Source: Nitrospirales bacterium (GTDB taxonomy: Bacteria; Nitrospirota; Nitrospiria; Nitrospirales; UBA8639). Taken from it: a stretch of DNA of 64,000 bases. The stretch covers positions 352,001-416,000 of the forward strand of contig CBDBCZ010000015.1 in assembly GCA_965203295.1 (NCBI GenBank). Reading direction: 5' to 3'. Under the pieces are notes generated by a model. The model ran no database searches. It was not told where the DNA came from and saw nothing but the letters and a program-made list of their open reading frames with translations. This document shows positions 11,597-25,342 of this stretch, piece by piece (position 1 is the stretch's first letter; each line of letters starts with the position of its first letter). The position numbers and the translations under genes were made by a program.

Positions 11597-13002
11597 CTAG
11601 GTGAATGCAGACATAGATAATAGAGTATTATCATCTATTATCTATCTCTATTATCTATGATGCAGAGCACTGTTGGGCGAGCGTATAAGCGAGTTCATCA
11701 TGCATAACTGACTTTGGTATGATCATCATGATAATATGGAGGGATGTAGTTGAGAAAAACTCAAATGTTAGTGTGGTTTGTACTTAATGCCTGTGAATGC
11801 CAGTGAGGCTGTACGTCAAAGTAAACGGAGGGGCAGATAGAAGGGAAGTTTCGGTGACGTCTTCATCTTGCATGTGCAATGTAGACAAGTTAAGATTGGC
11901 TAATACGGTCTGACGTATCACGAACACACAATTTCTTCTATGATCTCATGTTTGGACCCAGGTTAGTTCATTATGTACATACAATAGGCACAGTGTCACA
12001 TTGCAGATTGCTTCTGTTACTGTTTTTTCACACGCTCTTGCTGGCCTTTGCATGAACACGATCAGCCAAGTATGATGTGTGGGCTGGGTAGCCCCTTCAC
12101 TGTTTCTTAAAGTGTTTCAGTGCTTGAAGAGCATCGCACTTGCACATCTACCCAGCTGTTCAGTTGTGGGGGTGATTTGAGACTTGTAGACAAGGCAAGC
12201 TAAAAACGTGTCTAGTGACAGAACAGCTACAACCTCAACACCAGTTAGCGGCCACCAATTTATGCGAGCCACGGTCACAGATGCTGAAGGATGTGTATGC
12301 AGCTATTGTGAATGACTATGACAAGTCGCTGAGGGCAGTTCAGAAGCTCCTGCATGATAAACGTTTAACACCACTGCAGAGAGGGACTACTCTGCACAGG
12401 AGACATGCCACTTTCTCCTTCAGCTACCAATGTTCATGGCATCGCGGGACTCAGTCATCATCCTCTGCCCTTGCGCTGCTGCCCTCCGTTTTCGCCTGCG
12501 TACATGTAAGCGTTCGTTCGATCGCTGGCCTCCTTAGCCGCGTTCAGCCGACTCATGCACCCAACAGTCTCCGCCTTCGCCATGCTCGCTCGTTCTGTAG
12601 CCTTCTGTCCTTCTCCACAGGGGTTTCGGCCGCACTCCTTTCTCTGTAGCGCTGTCTGCGCCGTTCCAGTGTCCGCTGTCTACACAAGTCACTCATTCTC
12701 TCTCTCCAGAGTGCAGCTTCATGTTGCAGAGGATTATAAGAGTAAAGCAGTTGAAACGCGTGACAACAGTATTTGAAATAGGCATGCATGCTAACGTTTT
12801 TACGGAATAGTCCATGCGCACGGACGGGGGCGTCGGGGGGGCTCGCTCGCGCTCGTTTCAAAAGGGAAATTACTACATGTAGTAATACAAAAGAAATAAT
12901 CACGCTCGTCCCAAAAAGAGTATATAGTATAAAATAAATAAATAAAAACTCACCATAAAGGGAGTAATACAAAAAAAATAGTAATTCACGCTCGCCCCAA
13001 AA
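11597..13002 (-). mobile_element. Non-autonomous Helentron/Helitron-like element, copy 1
   Basis: On the minus strand it starts TTTTGGGGCGAGCGTG and ends CTCGC..CGCTCGCCCAA..GCATTCACCTAG|T. It holds a charged Rep N-terminus (ERRRQRYRERSAAETPVEKDRRL), a Rep-helicase linker (CEPRSQ...SLRAVQKLL...RDYSAQETCH) and an RPA-like zinc-ribbon fragment. Confidence 0.7.
11612..11659. mobile_element. 48-bp P-superfamily-like micro-MITE
   Basis: 14-bp TIR CATAGATAATAGAG / CTCTATTATCTATG, with 7-bp TSD ATGCAGA on both sides. Confidence 0.8.
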
Positions 13003-14439
13003 GGAGTAATGAAATAATAATACAATAATAATCAGCAATAGCACGATAAACATTGTACAAAATCTGAAATATGACTTCTACAATGTCATGCAAATATATG
13101 CAGCACAAATGTGGCATACTCACATGAAATAAAAAAAGAACAGTTCAATGTGTGACGACAGCTTCATCACATGTAAATAGTCACGAAGAGAAAGTCTCAT
13201 CCACTTGAATCTTGACTTTCTGCCTCTAAATCAATCTTTATGCTGTTTTCCAAGGTATCTGCATTTGAAATCACCACTGATGCACTCTCTGGTAGAGCTT
13301 GTAAATTTTCATTTGGGTGCTCGGATACTGTTGAGCTCCAGCCACTGCTTGTGATATGTGTGAGCTCACTACCTGCACGGCAGTATGAACATTATACAAT
13401 AGTCAACATGACATTGAAATCACCTTTGTAGATGCAGTTACAGAAACACTATCATAGAGCCAATAACGCCTCGGTACAAATCTGACTAGTACACTCTAAT
13501 ACGTATGCATAGCCTATTTGTAGAATCTGAATGCCAGAGCTCAGTATGTATAAAACAACTTATGCAGTATTAGCAGGATTGATGATTATTGTTTTTGAAA
13601 GCACTGACAGGCTCATGCAGTAACACTGTGCTCTTCTTGTACAGCCTGGTATTTTTCTGATGTAACTTTGCCTTCTGGCTTCCTACCCTGGGTGGTAAAA
13701 CAATGTATGAAGCTGGTGATGTTATGAAGAATAACATGAACACTTGGCCATCATTGTCTCTACCAAGTGAATCGGATCAGCTCTAGACCTCTACCGCAAA
13801 CTCTATATGTATGCCACATATCACAGAGACCTAATACACTAGCTGTCACCATAGTCACTGTTCATTCCAGAGACTTTTATGCTTGCTTAACACAATGAGG
13901 TACATAAGCAGTAAATCCTTATTAGTCCTGCTCTCTATCTGTACATGACTGCAGCCATTCATGCCTTTACTCCTCTTTGAAATATCTTCAGAAACGTGTG
14001 GCCTAACCAGCAATAGAATTTGTGCAGATAGAGCCTGATTTTCGAACCATGAACCCAACAACTATTGAACCAAGGGAACAAAACTTTCAACCACTGCTCA
14101 AATTACACAGATGTACTATTACTTTATCCAATCAATGAAATGTACAAAACCAATTTTATATGTATTTTTAACTTTCCTTCAAAGCTGTACAGCAGTATTT
14201 TCAAAGGAAACACTGATCTTTATGGACTTATACTGAAAATAATGACAGTCTCGCATCTTCAAGACGACAAAGACTAGTAATCTACTTTTGATTCCCCCCC
14301 CCCCCCCCCCCCCCCCCACAAACATACAATTTAAAAGTTAGGTATGCATTACATAAAAGTGTGCCAGAGACAGGACATAGCTAACAGTTGCATTAATTAC
14401 TGCTTATCTGTGATGGTAGGGAAATCGGAGAAAAGGCGA

Positions 14440-15623
14440 TAATGTGTGGCAAAGCGGTGAGGTGGTGGAACGGGGAGATTAAGGAGAAGATTATGATAAG
14501 GAGACTGGTTTACAAGGAGATTAGTATTAGCAGGGAAGATAAATGGGGAGAGTGTTACAAACTATGTTCGGAAATCAAGGAATTGGTATAGATAGTTGAA
14601 ATGAAGTGATTGAAAAGGCTAATAAAGATTTTCATGAAAACAGGAAAGAGTTCTTGGGCATTTGTTGGCAGGATCTTCAAAGGGTAGTCGTAAGGGTATA
14701 TTGCTTATTTGAGGGTTCATGTGTAACCAGTACCAAGGGAGTATTATGTGAGCATTATGAAAGACTGTCTACAGCATCTGCAGATGTTCAGTCTGATGCT
14801 AGCTGGAAAGAGCATGTAGGGCAGAAAGTGACAGAGTATAGTGAAATGTCTCAATTACGGAAGGTTAAGGTTTTGGAGAGTGGAATTAGTTTTGCAGAAA
14901 TTTAACTAAAACCTTAACGAATAATAATGCAGGAGGTAATGATCGGCTTGTCATTAGTCTGTTGAAAGTCTAATCTGAAGTAGTTTGTACAGTGGAGACT
15001 GTTCCAAAACAAAGAGGACAAGTGTTAATTTTTAGCTTGTATAAGAAAGGTGATACTGAGGGCCCGGGTAATTACAGAGGCATTACATTATTGAATGTGG
15101 GAGAAAAATTGTTCTAAACAATCGCATAGTAATCACATTAGAATAAGAAAGAGCTCTTTATGAAGATTTAGAGAGAAAATGAGTCATGTTGATGGCATCT
15201 TTGCTCTCAATGAAATCATACCAGGTAGAATGAGGAACACTTAAGCTTTTTTTTTTTTAAATGTTCAGAAGTACTTGACAGAGTTGACACGATCACACAG
15301 AGTGCTGTTTTACTGAAGAGAGAAATATCTGATATAGGTCAGGGGGTGGCACAGATTTGTAGTATGTCACCTATCTTATTTAACTCTATTAATCAGTTGT
15401 TAGATGAGGTTGAGAAGGCTGTGATTGGCATTAATATTAAGAAGGATGTTCAGGTTGGGGGTCTAATGTTTGCCGATGATTTTGTAGGTTTAACTCCTAA
15501 TGCTGAGGACTTACAAACAGTGATTAATGTAGTACAGGGGTTTTGTAATAAATGGAGGTTGAAATCTAACATAAAAAGAGTGTTATTATGGTATTTTCTA
15601 AAGAGGTTGATACAGGCACATGT
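14440..15623 (+). mobile_element. Non-LTR retrotransposon (CR1/L2-group-like) RT relic
   Basis: KKGD..GPGNYRGITLLNV and GLMFADDFVGL RT motifs, with many stops and deletions. Confidence 0.85.
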
Positions 15624-16472
15624 TCTTGTTCCGAAATCTGGCTCCAGGTGGACCAAATTTAAAAGGATTAACTACTTGATGTAGATGACCTGCTGCACGT
15701 TAGAGACTCAGGTAAATTACATAGCTGCAATCCAGCATGCAGGTATGGGGCTATTATAATATAGGTTCATCGCGCAAAACTGCCTGGCATACACAGCGTG
15801 CTTGATGTCTACACAGAAGCTTAACATTTCAATGACAATGTTGATGCATTTTATATATTAGATGTCAAGATATATACAGTACATACTTTCCCCTATATTA
15901 TACGGGCGCATGCGTATGTATGTGTATCCCATAGCTGGGAGAGAGTTACGTGTACTTCATTACTCTACTTAGTGTTTACCGTTCGTGCGTGGCATGTTTC
16001 ATATAAAATAACCCTCTCTCAATGCAACCTTCATCATGCAAACATCAATGTACATATGATACATTGTATTTTCATGTAACGTACCATAGATAGCAGTAAC
16101 ATGAAGCTGTGATGGTTGAAGAATAGACAGCCCAAAATGCTCCAGTAAATCCTCTGAAATTTGTAATGAAGCTATAGACTCCAGGGATGCTGTGGAGAAT
16201 ACTGTGGAGAAGCCCCAACTACAAAATTTGTGGGTAGGAAAGTGAAAGATTGCAATCTATCATTTCTGGAAAACATTCTTTGGTTAGGGCATAGGAAGAC
16301 CATTCAATGGTACTTTTGAACTCCCAAATGCAATCTTATCACAAATTGCTACTCCGCTGTTCAGTTTTTAACTGCAATTCACATCCAAAGCAATGTAGGG
16401 ACAGCCCGTGTACTTTATACTACACTGACCCTGAGTATTCACTGGCACTTGCTAGAGAGCCTCTGTGATTTT
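15622..16472 (+). repeat. Segmental module C, copy 1 (holds the empty site of the foldback element)
   Basis: Matches 31126-32763. 15622-16176 is also inverted at ~44190-44745, and 16410-16599 recurs at ~20345-20538. Confidence 0.85.
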
Positions 16473-16660
16473 CATAGAGGCTCCGGTGCGAGCCTACAAA
16501 GCTTGGATTCAAGGAGAATGATGAACAGGGTCTAGGCAAAAAAGAGAGTGAACATCAGAGTGAAAAACCGTACGTACATACTATATGAGGAAGGCTACTC
16601 CCAACCCGCTTCAAGTACGTAATTCTATTTCTTTACAAAAGACTTAGTTTAACATTACTA

Positions 16661-17240
16661 CAGTAGACTCAGGTTATCAGGCACACTTCATCATGTAGCA
16701 CACATACGCTATCAGGCACATGCTCGCTTCTTGGCCCAAAGCTGTAAAAATTCAGAGGTAAAAACCTCGTTAACAGGCGCACATGTTACAATTAAACGAA
16801 ACATGGGGTGGAGCAACTAGCACAAAAATAATTATTAAAGGATTGAACGAGAAACTAGGAGACTGTTAGCAGCTAGCTAGCTCTCTGGGTATGTGGCCAA
16901 CAATCTTTCCGTCTCGATAGATAGCTACTGCTCGCTTGCCATGGTAGCACTGGGAACACTTTGTACACGTAGTGGCCACGAACAACGCTTTCTTTGATCG
17001 TGATTCCATATTGGTAGTTAGTAATCTGCTAACAGCAACAAAGCTTCCCATTTTTTTAGCCAGCTAATGTAACCTTGCCGTGAAGAGCTTTAACTTTTGC
17101 ATCGACAGCTGTCGTTGACACATGCAATAAATAGGCATGGCAACCTTTAACCCCAGATATGTAGCACACTTCGTTATGTAGCGCATACACTGTTGCTATT
17201 GTCCCAACTAGCGCATGCACCTGATAACTCGAGTCTACGG
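16661..17240. mobile_element. Tc1/mariner(pogo)-like MITE (580 bp) carrying a HIRAN-like coding fragment
   Basis: TA|CAGTAGACTCAGGTTATCAGG ... CCTGATAACTCGAGTCTACGG|TA. The internal minus-strand ORF contains AVAIYRDGKIVGHIPRELA. Confidence 0.8.
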
Positions 17241-17244
17241 TATT

Positions 17245-18399
<1,155 letters not shown>

Positions 18400-18882
18400 T
18401 CAGCTAACTGTGGAAAAACAATAGCAGTAAATTTCATATGTAGAGCTCGCCTTATTCCCATGTTCTACTACCTAGGGTTTTTCACACAGTACAAAAATAA
18501 AGCCGGGGAATGAGTCTGTGTCCCTATAGTCGTCTGCATGTATATGGTACTCCAATCACAGTACACAAATGATTCACTGATAGTAAGTGGATACACACAT
18601 GCATTGCATATAGCATCAGAGGAGCAACGTATACATACTTACTTGTACGTAAATTGCTAATGTGTATGGTATATTAATATCCAGTATGTATGCTTGTAGA
18701 ATGCTCAAATTCTACATGTATATGCACCTTCATTTCCAGGTCTTGTCCAATAATTCCAGCTTCTACGCACATGAATGGTGAGGTTCTCCACGTCCATCCA
18801 CAGGATATGATCCATCTCTGTCATGCCCAAGGACACAATTACTTTTTTTCTTCTGATGGACACTCTAGGGCACCAGATACTA

Positions 18883-20018
18883 GAGTAAGCCACTGATGAT
18901 CGGCCACCAGGTATATTCGGACGCACTAGCGCCGAGCGCGTAAATTAGCGGAAGTGGGCGGGGCCTTCGATCGATAGTACTGACCCTTCGCACTTCGGGT
19001 TGAAAGATTGGTGTTTCTCCGTGTCTTGGTTCTGGAGCTATAGCCTTCCAAAGTTGAAATTCGGACACAGCTATGATCGGACAAAAGTATGTATTGTCGG
19101 ACACCGCTCCGTGTTTCCTCCCTGAAGCAACTTTCGGTGATCTTTCTTCATTATTGGGAGGCCCCACTACCATGCTGCTGCACGCCAAGTTTTCGCCATC
19201 GTAGCTGCTTTGAGCACGGAGGGGTGTTATTGAATGTAGAGCCGTGTCACCCTCTCTATAATCGGACAGTGGATTTTGTCTTTTTTCGGTGTAAGGACGC
19301 CAAAACACTCTCCAAACGCTAGGATTTGGATATCGTTGGAAAGTACAGACACTTAGCAAAGCAACCGCGCAAGTCTAATGTTTATACGACGTGTCCTTCC
19401 TGAGATAGAGCTGTTTTGCCTGATTTCGTACACTAAAAGCTTCAGCATTAAAAATTATTAGAAGAAATCGAGACAAATAGCGCTTTCTCACTCTATCTCG
19501 AGAACCATACGACGTATGAATATCGGGCTTGCACCGTTGCGTTGCTAAGTGTCTGTACTTTCCAACGATATCCAAATCCTAGCGTTTGGAGAGTGTTTTG
19601 GCGTCCTTACACCGAAAAAAGACAAAATCCACTGTCCGATTATAGAGAGGGTGACACGGCTCTACATTCAATAACACCCCTCCGTGCTCAAAGCAGCTAT
19701 GATGGCGAAAACTTGGCGTGCAGCAGCATGGCAGTGGGGCCTCCCAATAATGAAGAAAGATCACCGAAAGTTGCTTCAGGGAGGAAACGCGGAGCGGTGT
19801 CCGGCAATACATACTTTTGCCCGATCATAGCTGTGTCCGAATTTCAACTTTGGAAGGCTATAGCTCCAGAACCAAGACATGGAGAAACAACAAACTTTCA
19901 ACCCGAAGTGCGAAGGGTCAGTACTATCGATCGAAGGCCCCGACCACTTCCGGTAATTTACGCGCTCGGCGCTAGCGCGTCCGAATATACCTGGTGGCCG
20001 ATCATCAGTGGCTTACTC
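18883..20018. mobile_element. Foldback-type non-autonomous DNA transposon, copy 1 (1136 bp, ~480-500 bp near-perfect inverted arms)
   Basis: TA|GAGTAAGCCACTGATGATCGG ... CCGATCATCAGTGGCTTACTC|TA. The mirror-image ORFs in the ORF track reflect the arms. Confidence 0.92.
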
Positions 20019-23000
20019 TACCTACATATGTAATTTAAGAAAGTAGAATTGGGATAATTCAGTACATAAGTAGTTCCATTTCTACTCAGTTTTTGTATCA
20101 TTAGTTGCAGGCAATGTGAAACATACAGACAGTTAATATGGAGCAATCAAATGTAGTGTAACATGCACATGAAGAGTACATGTACATAATTTTGTAGCTG
20201 CATGTATGGTGATTAGAACTTACAGCTCTGTATTCATGGACAGATGTCACGGTTCATGCACACAGTCATCACTGACCTCCAAATGGCACGATGCACACAT
20301 CATACTTCACAGCAGCCTTCACCACTACTTCCACATCTTCATGTCCATGTACTTTATACTACACTGACCCTGAGTATTCAGTGGCACTTGCTAGAGAGCC
20401 TCTGTGATTTTCATAGAGTCTCCGGTGCGAGCCTACAAAGCTTGGATCCAAGGAGAATGATGAACAGGGTCTAGGCAAAAAAGAGAGTGAACATCAGAGT
20501 GAGAAACCGTACGTACATACTATATGAGGAAGGCTACTGTGCATTGTCAGGTTGATTGACAATAGCATAAGTGAGAATAGTTAGCTACGTGTATAATACA
20601 AGGTGCCACAAGTAAATGAATGGTTTGCAATCTGCTAAGTATGGGTCTTCGAGGACTGCATGGTCGTCGTGAGTGCAGGCTCACACAACTAGTAGTACAC
20701 CGATTCAGAAACAAAAAATGTGTGCCACCTGCAGGGAATCATGATCAAGAGCTTTTCCTGTACTTATGCTCTTATATACAGTTATATGCAGTTGCACTGT
20801 ATTGGTGGTGAAACTATGAATGTACATACAAAACCATATCAAAAGGCAAACACTATGAACAAATATGTCAGTGCTATAGTACATGTATGTGAAGTGACAG
20901 GTTCCTACCCTGAATCTCTGTAAACACATTAAGATCCATAAGTCTCTGTCCTACATCCTATAAAGTAAAGAGAAAATGATAGAATGTTCCAACTGCATGA
21001 ATTAAAAAGTAAGAGGCATAGTCTGTACAACATAATATAACAACATACATACGTATAGGTGCAGTGCGTTCACACAGGGTGTGCAATTGAACATGCATGT
21101 CGTGCAAACATAAATGTACTTATGCAATGCAAAATGTAACATGTGAGCCTGTTAGTATCTAACAGGCACAGTGACACTACACAGTCATACCTACCCTAGC
21201 CACTTGCACATTAGAAACTCCCTCCATATTGTGCACAACCACTTCACTGCAGCTGAACCTGTAAAGAAGTGTACTCCAGATGCTTCCTGTGGAGTAGGAA
21301 GGAATCATAAAGGAAGTGCATAATAGTTCCTTGCAGATGATTATTTGCAGACAGCTGACACCGATAACTTACCAATACCTCTCCTCATTACATGCAACAG
21401 TATCAATGTACTATTAAACCCCAGTATTAACTGAGTTCTGAATACGTAATTGACACATGACATTATACATGCATAATATTCTCACCTGGCATGGTATTCC
21501 TATACTGGGATGTGCTAGTGCATCAATATACTCTCTAAGAGTAATTGCCGAAGTATCATCCTGCAGAGAACAAGTGAGAACTAGAACCCTGCGTAGCTAC
21601 ATGTGCCTCTTCCACATAATGCATGTTACTCTGGTCCCGTTGTGGATGTACCATCACATATGTTCGTGCTCTTGCTATGTTAGTGTACTCACGTACAGGT
21701 GTGCTGCAAAATACATATACATGAAAAGTGGCACAATTCAAGCTTGATTGTGTAGCAATTGATTTACACTTCATTGTTGAGTTGAACACTACTAGCGTGA
21801 AGCAGATGAGCTCTCCATTACATTGAATTTGATAGCAACTTTAAGTGAACTGAAACGTAGCCGTTTTAAAACTAACTCACTTTTCAGCTTACCATTTTAA
21901 CTACAGTATGTATTTAATGGTGTTTATACATGTATTACTGTCAGTCTGCACATATCTTCTTACAAAATGGAGCATACACATACTATGCACATGCCCTACA
22001 ATGATGCGGTTAATTCCATAGCTGCCCTGACAAAAAAGCTACCTGATTGAGAAAAAGAAGTAAACAGGAATGTACTTACCTGACGATGATGATGATTACA
22101 TAAATATGTATACATCTAACCAGTGCACACCTGTTTAAACACAGTTACTCAAGTGTTAATACCATGAATGTACATACTGGTATACGTACAACTCACTGAC
22201 CAGATGAATATTATGGGTGTGCAGTGAATAAGCGCTAAGGGGGCTCACTCCTCCGGCCTCAAAAGCTTTGTAAACTATAGCCTGCAGGAAGAGGGACATG
22301 AAGATCTGTGAGACAGAAACCCAGCAACAGTACAGACATGCCTACATTCTGAAGTACAATTGTAGTTAACATAACAACAGATGAGACATCTTTGCACAGA
22401 TGCCGTGTCCACTCCCTGCAGTCTCTGTTTCAGACAAAAAAACATGGAAGGGAGACTTGAATATAAAGGAACTGGAAGAGTATGTACTTCCAAAACAGCT
22501 AGATGTTCAGATCATATTCAATCACAGTTATAATAGCTTCAGAGCTGGATCTCTACCTTATGAAGGCAAAATAGCGGTGGCTACTAATGAAGGGCAGCGT
22601 CTATTCGCGGAAACACAGTATTGATATGCGCAGTGAAATTAAGAGATAAGAATTCCTGTAAACCCCATACATATGCATAGTAAAATTAAGAGATAAGAAA
22701 ATAGGTGTTCCTGTTCTAAAAGCTCCCTTTAACATCTCTGCAGACAGGGGATGATGCTTGACTGGGGCTTTAAAAAGAACATAACAATGCCCATAAATGT
22801 AATTACTGCAGAAAATGTATGAAGACCAATAAACACTACCTCGATATCACTCTATTTGCATCAGTGTGCATAGATTCAAGCTCTAACAATTTCAGTACTT
22901 TCCTTAATGGCCTCACTTTTAAAAAACTCATGGACTCACAAGATCCTCTTTCAATCTTTTCGGGTGTGTCTGGTTCATCCTGTGAGAAAGGGGGTATATT

Positions 23001-24277
23001 ACGTACGTATATGTATGCACACATAGTCTGAGTATGTGCCTACACATACACTGCAACAGTAGTTATGATGGTACACGTATACAGATAATGCTATCATACT
23101 TTGACAATATATACCGGTATCATTGTATTTTCTATCATTTGAATGCATTGAATGGTGTGTTCACATGTTAGGCATTGTAGTCGTTCCAGTGCTGGTGCTA
23201 GCCATGTTGGTTAGGCTGTGATTGGTTACCAGAGTGCTGCAGCGGGAACTTTAAAGTAATACAGCTAGTAGCAATATCACAGCTGCTGGCAAAGCTGACC
23301 AAAAATTTCCATAGTTCATGGTAGTTCTATATGTGTAATAGTTACCTTGCTGTCGTGATCTGTACTTGTTGAGGGCTTGTGCTACCTGAGAAGGGCTTGT
23401 ATCTACGGAGTCAAAGCCAAGGGCTGGGCTCCCATCGTAAGGTTTGTGATTTTAGTATGAGCAAAAGGTTACTGTTTATTTGTACATATGATTAGCTAAG
23501 AGCTGAGGTGTTATTAACTTAATATTTGGTTGAAACTGGTCTTTTTTCTTCTCTCCATGTTTCTTTTTCACTGTAAGATTTTTGTGGTGAAAGGCTTTTT
23601 TCACACATATCACTCTATTTCACTGTACATTCACAAAGGCCGGAAGATGAGTGTGCAGAGGTGAAGAAAGGGAGGGTGTACTTTACCAAGCTAAGGGAAG
23701 AAATTGCAGCCTGGAGATGGACATGAAGGTGGAGTGCATGGTGCAGACTCACAATACAAAATCAACTGATTAAACTAGAGCTGGAATATACGTATGGGTC
23801 AAAGAATTTGGGTATAATTCCTTTTTTGTGGCCAGCTTACGTACCTGATTGTATTGCAATATGCTGCACATTCTCTATTATACCACAATACGTAAGTCTA
23901 AGTGCTACTGAATGACAACTCATGATTATATTAATCTTTCACCTGCTATGTATGTACAAAGCAAGTGGTGGGGTTGAACCTTTACAAAGATTTTCAGTGA
24001 AAAGCTTTATAATGTTAATGTCAGACAGGATAAGAACAATCTCAGGCCCTGCGAAATATTATCATCCCCTGCATCCAAACTACATGGGTAAGAGTTGACT
24101 CAATTAGTCTACCAGGCTATTAAATGCTTCATAAAAACTCTGCTGCTGGTTGCTGGTAGTATACGTATACATCTAACATGATCAGTTGTAATTTGGCAAA
24201 AACATACATATGTACATATCACACATACATATGTTACTTCCCTACATACACCGTTCACAAACGGCTTTTACATACCA

Positions 24278-25342
24278 CTTTTTCCAGGTCTGCTATCTTG
24301 CCATACAAGGCATCTCTCTCAGCTTGAGCTTGACTCATTAACTGTTGGTGGGCCTCCAGAACTGCTGCCTATGAAGGAGAGGTATTGGGAGAATCGTTTC
24401 AACAGCAGTAGATTCAACACGGCAGACTTGTCTCAATTGCACCCTTCTCATCTTTTCCTTTTGAGCTTCCTCCCTTTCTCTTTCAAGCCTCTCAATTTCT
24501 TCATGACCCAAAATATTCTCCCTATAGCAGCAGTATGTAGATGTAGGCTGTATCTCAATTATCGCAAATAGCTAATATGTTTGTACACGTGTTTTAGCTG
24601 TTGAAGTGGGTTATATCTTAATTATCGTACTAATAGTATGAACCTGTATTCAAGCTGTTGCTTCAACTTTGTGATCTCTTGCTGATAGGCTGACAGCAGT
24701 GCTTTCTGTGACATGTCCTTGTTGATCTGCACAGTGTTCATGCTACTTTTTGCCCTGAGTATTCAAGTGTGGATGTAGAAAGAGAATACTGCTAAGAAAG
24801 AACTGATAAGAAGCATGTTTTAAAAAGCGTAAAGACAAACCAATCTGAAGAAAACAGATTTAGCCAGGGTCTCTGAATACAACACTAGGTGTGCTAGTAG
24901 TGATGGCTGCCAGCAGATATGTATACAACTCAGCCGTTACTAGTATGAAATATGTACGTGAACAGACTGCTACGTATTTGCATGTAACATTTAATGATAG
25001 CATGCTTCTCTTACACCAGAGTAAATTCTCATACTACATTTTCATGGTGGGTGCAATTACGTGCAAATAAGTACTGGATACTGGTATATACGTATGTACA
25101 TGCGTACCTCTGTTTTTCCAAATCTTATACTGGGTTATTGCTGCATACATAATTCATTGCATTAATCTTATGTACATGGGCAGTACCTTTTGGCAAATTT
25201 GAGTGTATTGAGTGACTATGCATACCTACGTACTAGAGACAGGTATGATGGTAGCAATGAGGGTGGTTTTGCAGTTGCCTCCAAGGCAGTCCTGCAGCAA
25301 CCGTGTCAGCTTAGAATCTCAATAAGGAATATACTTCACCCC
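24278..25342 (-). pseudogene. Kinesin gene fragment (motor C-terminus, neck, coiled coil), copy 1
   Basis: Exon 25342-25187 reads [30 protein letters not shown]...SLNTLKFAKR with a premature stop. Exon 24754-24644 reads AKS..NTVQINKDMSQKALLSAYQQEITKLKQQLE. Coiled-coil exons follow. Confidence 0.88.

Larger units (their letters stand above)
11513..15623 (+). repeat. Segmental module A, copy 1
   Basis: Colinear with 49159-53272 (direct, more diverged) and with part of 44190-48231 (inverted, closer). Confidence 0.9.

Noticed and set aside
18705..18880. Possible kinesin beta5 fragment (VENLTIHV) on the minus strand
   Set aside because: The similarity is short and needs frameshifts, so it cannot be supported.
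18880..20033. Mirror ORFs of 159/163 aa as proteins
   Set aside because: They arise from the inverted arms, have no recognisable domain and are broken by deletions in the second copy.
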